Source of the DNA: Dehalococcoidia bacterium | Lineage (GTDB): Bacteria; Chloroflexota; Dehalococcoidia; Plut-88900 | DNA length: 64,000 nucleotides | Assembly (NCBI GenBank): GCA_965197585.1 | Contig: OZ240215.1 | Location: 2,112,001-2,176,000, forward strand | Reading direction: 5' to 3' | Shown: positions 48,559 through 57,981 of the stretch, piece after piece | Layout: every line of letters starts with the position of its first letter | Numbering within the stretch: the stretch's first letter is position 1 | Notes under the pieces: generated by a model | Seen by the model: only the letters and a program-made list of their open reading frames with translations | Databases searched by the model: none | Told to the model about the DNA's origin: nothing | Translations under genes and position numbers: made by a program

Positions 48559-49465
48559 TCTAATACTCCGGCCGCTCCCCTTCCTGACCTTGGCGGTTGC
48601 CCTGCTTCTGCTCCTTGCCTGCCGTCAGCCCCTTGACCCCGGTTTCAAGTTCGTCCTCGTCTCCCAGGAAGTCTCGGTCGACCAGGCCCGATTCACCTTC
48701 GTCCTCCTAGACCAGTCTGAACACGCCATCGAAGATGCCCGTGTCAGCGTCGAATTCCAGCCCCCCGGTGACCACCCTGCACCCCCGATAGCGAATGCCG
48801 TCTACAGAAAGATCGTACTGGAAGACGTACGGATGTCAGCCTCCGAGTGGTATGAAGCCGACGTGGAGCTCCGTGGCATCTACGCCATAGACCGTCCCCC
48901 CTTCAACAGGCCCGGCGAATGGGAGCTGAGAATTTCTATCCTGCATGGCGATAGTAAATCTCCGGTGGAGATAGACGTAGTGGTGCAGGTTTTGGAAGAA
49001 AGTTCGACGCCGAGATTGGGCGAAAGAGTTTCGCCCATCGAGCACAGGACTGCCGCCGACGTTGCAGATATCACCGAGGTCTCCACCAGTCCCGATCCCC
49101 TCCCCGAGATGTATCAGACCTCCGTGGCAAATGCGTTGGCACAAGGTCAGCCCTTCCTGATAATCTTCGCCACCCCCGCATTCTGCCAGAGCCGCATCTG
49201 TGGTCCCGTCGTCGATACGGTAGCTCGGCTCATCCCTGAATACGGAGAAGACATCGCATTCATCCACATCGAGCCCTACGACCTGGATCTCATTCGTGGA
49301 GGCGGCAAGTTTGAGCCTTCTGCGGAGGCCAAGGCCTGGGGTCTGCCCAGCGAGCCCTGGGTCTTTCTGGTCGACGCCTCGGGCCGATTGACGGCCAAGT
49401 TCGAAGGTATTGTCACCCTCGAGGAATTGGACAAGGCTATCCGGGCTACTCTCGACCAAGGCTAG
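48521..49465 (+). CDS. Predicted lipoprotein with a C-terminal thioredoxin-like domain (start uncertain)
   Basis: LLLLLAC lipobox; FATPAFCQSRICGP, FIHIE and SEPW.FLVD..G...KFEG. Confidence 0.7.
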   Translation: MSVETPREFTASSLILRPLPFLTLAVALLLLLACRQPLDPGFKFVLVSQEVSVDQARFTFVLLDQSEHAIEDARVSVEFQPPGDHPAPPIANAVYRKIVLEDVRMSASEWYEADVELRGIYAIDRPPFNRPGEWELRISILHGDSKSPVEIDVVVQVLEESSTPRLGERVSPIEHRTAADVADITEVSTSPDPLPEMYQTSVANALAQGQPFLIIFATPAFCQSRICGPVVDTVARLIPEYGEDIAFIHIEPYDLDLIRGGGKFEPSAEAKAWGLPSEPWVFLVDASGRLTAKFEGIVTLEELDKAIRATLDQG

Positions 49466-49468
49466 GGC

Positions 49469-49663
49469 CTAGTGGAACGGGCAGACCCAGATAGCGGTGT
49501 TCTCGTACCAGTCCGTGTCGTCCCCACTCGACTCTGAATAGTCGTACCCCACAACCGGCTTCCCGCTCAGCGCGTTCTCCGCAACGGCATATGACCCCCC
49601 AAACAGGATCGCCAGCACAATCAACAGGTGTATCGTCGGAAGGATGAGCAGTTTCTTATTCAA
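49469..49663 (-). CDS. Small membrane-anchored hypothetical protein ending in WVCPFH
   Basis: N-terminal hydrophobic helix; fills the gap exactly; TTG start. Confidence 0.55.
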   Translation of the reverse strand: MNKKLLILPTIHLLIVLAILFGGSYAVAENALSGKPVVGYDYSESSGDDTDWYENTAIWVCPFH

Positions 49664-49754
49664 AGTCCTGCACCAAGTCGCGAGGCACCAACCTTCAGAG
49701 AATCATATCACTTGGTAAGGAGAGTATGAGCAGGCACAATGCACCTGCTTATAG

Positions 49755-50756
49755 TCAGGTTCCCTGGGACGGCGAGGCGGGCTCCAAAGGCGCAGAGCGG
49801 GTGGCGGAGCAGACCACCTTTACTTTCCCGGCCCGAGTCCTCAACGCCTCTTTCAGGTCCAGGGGGTGTAGCACGTACACGTCGTAGGCAAGGCGCAGCT
49901 TGCGCATCAGGTTTATGAGGTACCAGCTTGCGTCGAAATGCCACCACCGTAGACCGTGCTGCGCCGACCGCGGCGAGGCGTGATGGGTGTTGTGCCCCCC
50001 CTCCCCGAATCCCAGCAACCCTATTAGCCAATGGTTAGTGCTCTGGTCATTGGTGTTGAAGGGTCGGGCCCCGAATACGTGGCAAACCGAGTTCACCGAC
50101 CACGTCACGTGATGTGTCAGGAACACCCGGACCAGCCCTGCCCACAGCAGTGCACTCCATCCGCCGATTAGGAAAGGTATCACGAGGCTCAGGGCACACC
50201 AGATCAAACTGGTGCGATGGATGAAGACCATGGCCCGGTCGTTGACCAGGTCTCGGGCCCATCTGTTGTTGTCGGGCCTCTTCGTCCCGAACATCCAGCC
50301 GACCTGCGCATGAACGAACCCCTTCAGCAGATTGCTGCTCAGCTGGGGGCTGTGGACGTCCCCTTCCTGGTCGGAATAGGCGTGGTGCTTCCGGTGAATC
50401 GCCACCCACGAGATTGGCCCCCCCTGCCACGACATCGTTCCCAGGATAACCAGGAGCAGCTTTAGCGGCGTATGGGTCTTGAAGCTCCCGTGGGCCAGGT
50501 ACCGGTGAAACCCAACTGTAACCCCGAGCCCAACCAGGACGTATATTACGAACAGCAGGGTCAAGTCCAGCCAGTCCACCAGGCTGCCCCACGCCGCGTA
50601 TATCGCATATACCGTCGCCGCCAAAGGCACGAACACTAGTATGCTGATGGCCACCTTCTGGTATATGTCCTCAAGGCGGCCCGTTTGCCCAGTGTTGCCC
50701 TGTCGGAACGGGTCTGCCGTAAGTTTCCGGGATATCATCTCCGCTTTTCCGCGCAC
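49755..50756 (-). CDS. Delta-9-type fatty acid (acyl-CoA) desaturase
   Basis: His boxes HRYLAH, HRKHH and HNTHH; VNSVCH. Confidence 0.93.
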   Translation of the reverse strand: MRGKAEMISRKLTADPFRQGNTGQTGRLEDIYQKVAISILVFVPLAATVYAIYAAWGSLVDWLDLTLLFVIYVLVGLGVTVGFHRYLAHGSFKTHTPLKLLLVILGTMSWQGGPISWVAIHRKHHAYSDQEGDVHSPQLSSNLLKGFVHAQVGWMFGTKRPDNNRWARDLVNDRAMVFIHRTSLIWCALSLVIPFLIGGWSALLWAGLVRVFLTHHVTWSVNSVCHVFGARPFNTNDQSTNHWLIGLLGFGEGGHNTHHASPRSAQHGLRWWHFDASWYLINLMRKLRLAYDVYVLHPLDLKEALRTRAGKVKVVCSATRSAPLEPASPSQGT

Positions 50757-50871
50757 TCCTTCGGGGTTCTAATTACTGGAATTCTACATGCCTATGGGCT
50801 TTAGCCCGAGCGTTCCGGCACACGAGCGAATTCAGTGCCTTAGTCTCAGGACAAGCCCTTACGCTCGTCTC

Positions 50872-51162
50872 TTAGCGGTCCAGTGCTTCGTATACTTCCA
50901 GATCGTAACTGAGCAGGTGGGGCCGCATCTCGGCATCGTCCGTGTAGACCGACGCGGGAATCTCGTCGGCGCCTGCAGGCTTGATTGCGTCCTGCATCCA
51001 TTCGCAATATACAACGTCGGTGTCCCCGCCTAACATGCCGATATAGATGGTGGCCTTGGGCCTGCCATTCTTCTCGTAAGCTGCACAGATCTTGTCCAAA
51101 ACGGCAGCCACGTCCCCAGCCTTGCCCGGTGCTGTCCTGCAAACTCGCCTTACTAAATACAT
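50872..51162 (-). CDS. Small hypothetical protein (NIPSNAP/dimeric alpha-beta barrel-like)
   Basis: GGAGGAG RBS before MYLVRRV..APGKA. Confidence 0.6.
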   Translation of the reverse strand: MYLVRRVCRTAPGKAGDVAAVLDKICAAYEKNGRPKATIYIGMLGGDTDVVYCEWMQDAIKPAGADEIPASVYTDDAEMRPHLLSYDLEVYEALDR

Positions 51163-51241
51163 TGCCGCTCCTCCTGTTGTTCTCTTTAAGTCTTGTCCGA
51201 CTGACATTTATGCTATCACAGTGCCCCCGCCCTCGACTCCC

Positions 51242-52864
51242 CTACAACCCCAGAATGTTTCCCTTTTCATCAACGTCAAGGGCGCGGGGGGAGGCCGGTA
51301 GACCGGGCATCGTGACCATGGTCCCGGCCAGCGGATATATGAATCCCGCCCCCGCCGACGCCCTAACGTCAGATATCTCAAACGTGTACCCGGAGGGCCG
51401 ACCCTTGAGTCTAGCATTGTGGGAGATCGAAAGGTTCGTCTTCGCCATGCACACCGGCCATTTACCCCAGCCCATGTCCTGGTAGGTCTTTAGCCTTCTG
51501 CGGGCGGCCGGGGCCCATGCCACGTCATCGGCGTTGTATACCTTTTGGGCCAGGGCCAATACCTTCTCTTCGGTAGAAGCGTCCTCGGGGTACAGGTACG
51601 AAATCTCCGGTTTGTCACCCGCGCTCGCATCCATGACGGCTCGGGCCAGCTCCAAGCATCCATCTCCGCCCTCGGTGAAGCCCCGGCTCTCGGCAGACCG
51701 AACGCCGTCAAGGCCCGCAACTGCGTTGCGCACGGTGGCTATCTCTTCATCGGTGTCGGCTGGGAAGCGGTTGACGGCAACCACCACCGGCAGATTGAAG
51801 CTGCGTATCATCCCGATAAGGTGAAGCAGATTGGGCATACCGTCGACAACCGCCTTCGGATTGCCCTCGTCTAGCTTGGCCAGGGGGATACCGGCGTGCG
51901 ACTTAAGTGCCTTGACCGACACCACGATCACCGCCGCATGGGGCTCGACGTCGTTGAACCGGGCCTTGATGTGCATGAACTTCTCGAAGCCCAGGTCGGC
52001 CCCGAACCCCGCCTCCGTGACTACGTAGTCCGCCAGCGCAAGGCCCATCCTGTCCGCAATCACCGAGCTGCACCCGTGGGCGATGTTGCCGAAAGGTCCG
52101 GCGTGGACCATCACGGGCTGACCCTCGGCTGTCTGCACGAGGTTGGGCTGTATCGCATAGCGAAGCAGTGACATCATGGACCCGACCGCACCCACGTCAT
52201 CCGCGGTAACCGGCTTCCCGGCCCGCGTGAACCCGACCACTATTCGGGAAACACGATCCCTCAGGTCCTCCAACCCCGAGGCCAGGGCCAGTATGGCCAT
52301 CACCTCTGAGGCGGTCACGATATCGAACCCGGTCTCCCGCACCGGAGCATTGGCCGCTCCACCGATGCCCGTCATTATGGAGCGTAGTGCTCGGTCCTCG
52401 ACGTCCGTGACCCTTCGCCACGTGATGTCCTCAGGCCCGAAGCCCTCGATCTGGCCCCGCTGCACGACGTTGTCCGTGAGGGCGGCCAGCAGGTTGTGCG
52501 CCGAGCCCACGGCGTGGGCATCTCCGGTGAAGTGGATGTTGATCTCGTCATCTGGCATGACTGTAGTCTTGCCGCCGCCCGTGCCGCCGCCCTTGATCCC
52601 GAATATCGGGCCCAGAGACGGCTCCCTCAGGTTGGCGATCACCTTTTCACCCAGCTTTCCCAGGCCTTGGGTCAGACCCACGGTGACCGTGGTCTTTCCC
52701 TCACCTGCTCGAGTCGGGGTGATCCCCGTGACCACTATCATCTTGCCCCTGGACCCCGACGTATCGACGGATTCCAGGGGAATTTTCGCCTTGTAGTGGC
52801 CGTAGGGCACTATCGATTTTTCATCGAGGCCAATGTTGGCCGCGATCTCTTGAATGGGCCGCAT
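51242..52864 (-). CDS. fhs: Formate--tetrahydrofolate ligase
   Basis: PYGHYKAK, TPT.AGEGKTT, REPSLGP, INIHFTGD, HAGPFGNIAHG, TEAGFGADLG and TMPGLP. Confidence 0.96.
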   Translation of the reverse strand: MRPIQEIAANIGLDEKSIVPYGHYKAKIPLESVDTSGSRGKMIVVTGITPTRAGEGKTTVTVGLTQGLGKLGEKVIANLREPSLGPIFGIKGGGTGGGKTTVMPDDEINIHFTGDAHAVGSAHNLLAALTDNVVQRGQIEGFGPEDITWRRVTDVEDRALRSIMTGIGGAANAPVRETGFDIVTASEVMAILALASGLEDLRDRVSRIVVGFTRAGKPVTADDVGAVGSMMSLLRYAIQPNLVQTAEGQPVMVHAGPFGNIAHGCSSVIADRMGLALADYVVTEAGFGADLGFEKFMHIKARFNDVEPHAAVIVVSVKALKSHAGIPLAKLDEGNPKAVVDGMPNLLHLIGMIRSFNLPVVVAVNRFPADTDEEIATVRNAVAGLDGVRSAESRGFTEGGDGCLELARAVMDASAGDKPEISYLYPEDASTEEKVLALAQKVYNADDVAWAPAARRRLKTYQDMGWGKWPVCMAKTNLSISHNARLKGRPSGYTFEISDVRASAGAGFIYPLAGTMVTMPGLPASPRALDVDEKGNILGL

Positions 52865-52880
52865 TCCTACTTACCTCTGC

Positions 52881-54059
52881 CTACTCCCCGCGTCTGGAGA
52901 CGATTGGGAGCTTGACGTAGGGCTGGTTTTTGGAGCCGTCGATTGGCCGACGCTCCAGGAACGCGGTCCTGCGTTCCATGCACTCTTCGGAGGCCATGTA
53001 GTCGGGTATGTGCCTCTGCACGGGCCCGACATCCGGCAGGATGTGATCGTTGTATTCCAGGAAGGAGATCTTCTGCATCTGCAGGATTACCGGGCTGACG
53101 TTCTTGATCAACTTAATCCACCGGTCAACCTCGGCCCACAGTCCGTCTGGCTCGACCACCTTGTTCACCAGCCCCATGTCGAAGGCTTCCTGGGCCGTGT
53201 ACTGCTGGCAGACCATCCAGATCTCCCGGCCCCTCTTCTGCCCGACCCGCGCGGCCAACTCGGCAACGGAGTGGCCCGCAGCCGGACTCCCGACCCGGGG
53301 CCCGGTCTGCCCGAACCGAGACCGCGTCGTGGCAATTGTGAAGTCCGACTGGTAGGCCAGGATGTTCCCCGACCCTATCGCATAGCCATCCACCGCAGCT
53401 ATGACCGGCATTGGCATCTGCGGCACGACGCTGTGCAGGTCGACTTTGGCCGTCCCGGAGTACATTGCGCTCTCCACGTCGGGGTCGTAGGACTGGTCGT
53501 TGCCGGTGCAGAAGCCATTGGGTCCTGCGCCGGAAATGACCACCACTCGGATCGAGCTGTCGTCGGCAGCGTCAAGCAGAGCTGTGGCAATCTCATCCAT
53601 GGTTATGCCCCGTTTGGCGTTGTAGGTATCGGGGCGGTTTATCAACAGCCAGGCGACGCCGTCATCCTTGTGGTATACGATGTCGTTGTAGGCGTCGGAG
53701 TTGATGATGGGGTCCCTGTAGTTGGTAAACTTCTGGTCGATCATGTCGACGGCCCCGGAGGCAACCTGTAGCAGCTCACCGGCAGAGTAGTCGCCCTGGG
53801 CAGGACCCGTAATGGCGTCGGCGCCCATCTCTGCGTTGACGCCGCCGCGGCCGTTCAACCAACGGGTGTAGCCTCGCATGAAGTCATGGACTGCAGGACA
53901 GGTCTTGTGGCTGAAATCGATCCTGTTCCCCGACGCAAGATCGTCCACAGTCACGGAAAATTCTGCGTTTCGGCTACTGGTGGACTTTAGGCTCAGGTTG
54001 AACCTTACGCCAGCCGGCTGATAGTCGTTGCTGGCCTCGAAATTGATATTAGCGGACAT
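52881..54059 (-). CDS. Crotonase-fold (MenB/BadI-like) enzyme with a ~110-aa N-terminal extension
   Basis: INRP..YNA, FCTGND, PVIAAVDGYAIG, FGQTGPRVGS, EIW and MGLVNKVV. Confidence 0.82.
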   Translation of the reverse strand: MSANINFEASNDYQPAGVRFNLSLKSTSSRNAEFSVTVDDLASGNRIDFSHKTCPAVHDFMRGYTRWLNGRGGVNAEMGADAITGPAQGDYSAGELLQVASGAVDMIDQKFTNYRDPIINSDAYNDIVYHKDDGVAWLLINRPDTYNAKRGITMDEIATALLDAADDSSIRVVVISGAGPNGFCTGNDQSYDPDVESAMYSGTAKVDLHSVVPQMPMPVIAAVDGYAIGSGNILAYQSDFTIATTRSRFGQTGPRVGSPAAGHSVAELAARVGQKRGREIWMVCQQYTAQEAFDMGLVNKVVEPDGLWAEVDRWIKLIKNVSPVILQMQKISFLEYNDHILPDVGPVQRHIPDYMASEECMERRTAFLERRPIDGSKNQPYVKLPIVSRRGE

Positions 54060-54227
54060 ATAGGGCCACCTCCATAAGTTTGACTAGGATTCAGGTGAAA
54101 TCTTCGTGATTTCCTTGCCCGCGATGATACCACACGCACCCTCCGCTACACCCGTCAAGCGGCCTGAGCAGGGCACTCTAATGATGCGACTCCTGCATCC
54201 TCCGGCCGGAGAGGAAGGAGCCCTATT

Positions 54228-54496
54228 CCCTCTCCCTAGATGAGACTTTTGCATAACCTGTGTTGGCGGGGCGTGGGGCCGCTCGTGCTGAGGCTCTCGA
54301 AGTATGAGCCGGGGGGTGTCCTGTCCCCTCTCCCTTGATGAGACCTTTGCATAACCTGTGCTGGAGGGGCAGGGGCCGCTCGTGCTGAGGCTCTCGAAGT
54401 ATGAGCGGGGGGGGGGAGTTAGGCGATCCGGCTACTATTACAGGTGCAATCCGCAGTTACGCAAAAGTCTCTTGATGGGAGAGGGTAGGGTGAGGA
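54228..54496. mobile_element. MITE-like element (54340-54471) inserted in a REP hairpin, with a tandem duplicate of its left part
   Basis: TIRs GAGACCTTTGCATAAC / GTTACGCAAAAGTCTC (14/16), flanked on both sides by TTGAT; second left end at 54242. Confidence 0.65.
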
Positions 54497-54525
54497 CGAT
54501 TCGCACCTGCTGCTGGGTGCCCCGC

Positions 54526-55662
54526 TCACCCCACCCCCACCCCCATCAACCGCGCCGCCGTCCCCCCGAGAATATCCGCCCGCTGTTCGTCAGTCAAAAA
54601 GTCGCAGTGGCGGCGAAACTGGTCCAGGCACTGGGTGTAGGTGCAGAACCGACCCACCATCGGCATGTCCGTGCCCCATATCAGCCGGTCCGACCCAATG
54701 CGTTCCACGCATTCCTGCAACGCCGTCTCCGCCTCCTTCCACGGGTACTCCCACCTCCGCCCGACCTGTATCACAATCACTATCTGCATATAGCAATTCC
54801 GCGACTGGAACGGCTCCCATATCTCCTCCGGGAATACTATCTTTTCCCCTTCCATGAACGGCATCCAGGGGAAACCGTGCGTAATCATCGTCGTCAGATG
54901 CGGATAACGCTCCATCCAGCGAATCATGATTCGCTGCTGTTCTATATAGGCGTCGGTCCAGGAAGCCTGGTAAGTGCCCCCCGCAGTGCCCCCGATTAAC
55001 GTGAAATAGACCGGCACGTTGCGCTCGGCCAGGGCATCCCAGAAGGGCCGCATGGGGCCGTCGTCCCAAGGCTCATCATGGCCAACCTCTACTCCCCCGG
55101 CAGGGGCGTAGTAGTAGCCGGGGATGAACTGGTACCCGACAACCCCTCCCGCCGCCAGCTCCCTGTCCAGGGCCTTGATCGCGGCGTCCGGGTCGTTGGG
55201 TATGGAGGCTTCTCTCAAGTAGACAGTCCGGCGAAACCGGTCCGGGAACCGGGTGGTCGCATCCCGCAGGTACGCGTTGAGGTGCGTCGGGTGGCCCATC
55301 GTCGGATACGTGTGCAGAACCCCCATGTCTATGCCCGCGTAGTCCATCTCAGCCAGCATCACCTCGGGAGTGCACTCGAGGTTGTGCAGCATGGGCGGCG
55401 TGTGCTGCTTGGCGTAAACTTCGCCCTCGTATTCCCAGGCGATGTTGCCGTTATGCCGGGTCCAGCGAATGTCTCTCAACTCGCCCGTCTCCGGGTCAAC
55501 AAGCACCGAGTTATCAAAAACCTTTCTATCCCTCACCCGCCACACTGGCTGATAGTGCCCCCCGTACTCCGACTGCAGCATCCGCATCTTCTCGTCCAGG
55601 GTGTCATAGCCCTGAGGAAGGTCCATTTGGGGGAAACAATAGTTGTGCCCGTCTATGATCAT
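54526..55662 (-). CDS. Amidohydrolase_2 family protein
   Basis: IIDGHNY, ITHG and RLIWGTDMP. Confidence 0.85.
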   Translation of the reverse strand: MIIDGHNYCFPQMDLPQGYDTLDEKMRMLQSEYGGHYQPVWRVRDRKVFDNSVLVDPETGELRDIRWTRHNGNIAWEYEGEVYAKQHTPPMLHNLECTPEVMLAEMDYAGIDMGVLHTYPTMGHPTHLNAYLRDATTRFPDRFRRTVYLREASIPNDPDAAIKALDRELAAGGVVGYQFIPGYYYAPAGGVEVGHDEPWDDGPMRPFWDALAERNVPVYFTLIGGTAGGTYQASWTDAYIEQQRIMIRWMERYPHLTTMITHGFPWMPFMEGEKIVFPEEIWEPFQSRNCYMQIVIVIQVGRRWEYPWKEAETALQECVERIGSDRLIWGTDMPMVGRFCTYTQCLDQFRRHCDFLTDEQRADILGGTAARLMGVGVG

Positions 55663-55729
55663 TGGTTTATCCCCTTTTTCAACGTATTCGAACGGGAGCC
55701 GTGTACTGCCAAAAATGGAGGGAGGGGAT

Positions 55730-56797
55730 TTAAGCCGGCACTCCCAGCAGCTTGTCCCCGATCCCCAGCCGGTCTATGGTAGCCCGCACCCGAGCCCAGG
55801 TCGCGTCCTCTACCTCGATGCCGTTTGCCTCTCGATCTCGACGCATCCGCGCCTCTTTCTCGCCCGGGTAGAGAATCTCATCGAACCCCGACATCAATGG
55901 CGTGTCCTTCACGTAATCGATAGTCCAGTCCACATTTTCAGCCAACCCGGACGGCGACCTCATTTTGCTTATGTCAATCACAATAATCGTCGAGTCCCCT
56001 ACCGACTGCCCAGACCCTTCAAAGGATATCGGCGAGTCCTGTCCCAGCGTCCTGCCCAGCAGGAACACGAACATACTCAGGGCAAATCCCTTGTGCCCCG
56101 TGCTCAGCCCGCCCAGCGGGAGAATTGTGCCTCCGTCAAAATAGTCCTCCGGATTGTCTGAGGGCCGACCCTCCGAGTCCAGCAGCCATTCGCCCGGCAG
56201 CGATTTTGAGCGGGCCTGGTACACCCTTACCTTCCCCACCGCCGTCTCAGAGGTCGCGTAGTCCAACAGGATCGTCCGACCTTCACTGTGAGGAAACGCC
56301 ATCGAAAACGGGTTCGTCCCCAGGCGTCCCTTGGTCCCCCCGAACGGCGCCACCCCGAAGTCATTGTCCAGCTGGTTCCCACCGAACATGATAGCTGCCA
56401 TCCCCTCCTTCGCCGCCATCTCCGGGTACGTTCCAAAACGCCCCGAGTGAGCGATATTGCACATAGTCACCATCCCGATCCCATACTCTCTCGCCAGCCG
56501 TATCGCCGTCTCCGTGGCGAACTTCGCCCCAACCTGCCCGAATACCCCATGACCGTCTACCTTTGCTACCGCCTTCTCTTCATAGGCAATAGTTGGTCGA
56601 GCCTTGGGGTCAACCCGACCTTCTTCTATTCGCTGTACGTAGTCTGGGATGCGGAGCAGGCCGTGAGAGTCGTGACCGGTGAGGTTGGCGTCGGCCAGGT
56701 GAACGGCTACGGTCTCCGCGGCATCATCCGTGGCCCCTACCGCGAGGAGTATCTCGTAGACTACGTCCCTTAGTTGCTGACCTGTGAGTATTGGCAT
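55730..56797 (-). CDS. Ldh_2 family (malate/L-lactate/ureidoglycolate) dehydrogenase
   Basis: ANLTGHDSHG, GTNP, DYAT, GHKG and PGE.E. Confidence 0.92.
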   Translation of the reverse strand: MPILTGQQLRDVVYEILLAVGATDDAAETVAVHLADANLTGHDSHGLLRIPDYVQRIEEGRVDPKARPTIAYEEKAVAKVDGHGVFGQVGAKFATETAIRLAREYGIGMVTMCNIAHSGRFGTYPEMAAKEGMAAIMFGGNQLDNDFGVAPFGGTKGRLGTNPFSMAFPHSEGRTILLDYATSETAVGKVRVYQARSKSLPGEWLLDSEGRPSDNPEDYFDGGTILPLGGLSTGHKGFALSMFVFLLGRTLGQDSPISFEGSGQSVGDSTIIVIDISKMRSPSGLAENVDWTIDYVKDTPLMSGFDEILYPGEKEARMRRDREANGIEVEDATWARVRATIDRLGIGDKLLGVPA

Positions 56798-56949
56798 CGG
56801 TTGCGCTCCCGTTTTCTCGGGTCCAGATGGCCGGTATTGTACACGCCCGCCCCCTGCCGACGAAAATTAAGTAGAATGCCGTTGGCATTTACCGTCACCC
56901 GGATTCCTTACAATCGAAGTCGTCAAGACACTACGTCAGGAGGCACCAA

Positions 56950-57558
56950 GTGACTACCGAGGAAAAGCTAACCATGTCTTTGGGAGAGGCGATGTTCTCC
57001 CAGAGGGCCATAAGACGCTTCAAACCCGACCCCATCCCCGATGAAGACCTACACGCTGCCCTTGAAGCCGCCACCAAGGCCCCGAGTGGTTCCAACCTTC
57101 AGCCCTGGCGCTTCATCGTGATCCGGGACCCCGAGTTGAAAGAGAAGTTCGGAAAGCTCTACCACGAGGCCTGGTGGGCCAAACGCCGGGACCAGGGCAT
57201 CTTTCCCAAGGACATTCCGCCGGGCAAGGGCACCATTCAGTCGGCCAAGCAATTGGCCGACGAGATAGGCCAAGCCCCCGTCATTGTTCTCGTCTGCGCT
57301 ACCTCCCAGGACCCCGCTTCCATGGCCTCAGTCATACCCGCCGCGCAGAACCTGCTCCTCGCCGCCCGGGGCCAGGGTATCGGAGGTGTCCTGACGACCC
57401 TCCACCCGGATGTCGACGAGCGTGTCCAACAGTTGCTCAACATGCCCGCCGAGGCCCAGGTGGTCTACTGCGTCCCCCTCGGCTACCCAAGAGGCCGCTT
57501 CGGCCCGACCCAACGCAAACCCCTCTCCGAAGTCGTCGCCTACGACGGCTGGAACTAG
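56950..57558 (+). CDS. Nitroreductase family protein
   Basis: RAIRRF, APSGSNLQPWRF, QNLLLAAR and LGYP. Confidence 0.92.
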   Translation: MTTEEKLTMSLGEAMFSQRAIRRFKPDPIPDEDLHAALEAATKAPSGSNLQPWRFIVIRDPELKEKFGKLYHEAWWAKRRDQGIFPKDIPPGKGTIQSAKQLADEIGQAPVIVLVCATSQDPASMASVIPAAQNLLLAARGQGIGGVLTTLHPDVDERVQQLLNMPAEAQVVYCVPLGYPRGRFGPTQRKPLSEVVAYDGWN

Positions 57559-57569
57559 CCCCTCCCCAT

Positions 57570-57940
57570 CCCCAACCCCCCATGTCATCCCGAGGCTCCG
57601 CGAGGGATCTGGGGTGGGGTCCCATCCCCTCTCCTTTGACGGGTCGTAGATGCGCCATGGCGTGAGAGAGCTAGGATGAGGGTGATCCCTTCTCCCCCAC
57701 TGAGACCTTTGCATAACCGTCATTTCCGCGTAGGCATGCTCCCGAACTACAACCTTCCCATTCCTAGGGGCAGGGTATTCCGTTCGCCCTGAGCGGAGTC
57801 GAAGGGTTAACCGAACGGAATGGGAGGGGGTCCCGGCCCCCATGCCTGAGTTACGCAAATGTCCCTCGACGTGAGAGGGCTAGGACCGTAGGCTCGCTGG
57901 GGAGAGTCGAAGACTCGCTGAGGAGAGTGAGGGTGATCCT
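57570..57940. repeat. REP cluster with a second MITE-like unit (57702-57865)
   Basis: GAGACCTTTGCATAAC..GTTACGCAAATGTCCC enclosing a CGTTCGCCCTGAGCGGAGTCGAAGGG REP; lies between convergent genes. Confidence 0.6.
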
Positions 57941-57981
57941 CTAAAGCACGAGGGGCACAACTATGACGCCGTACAAATCCC

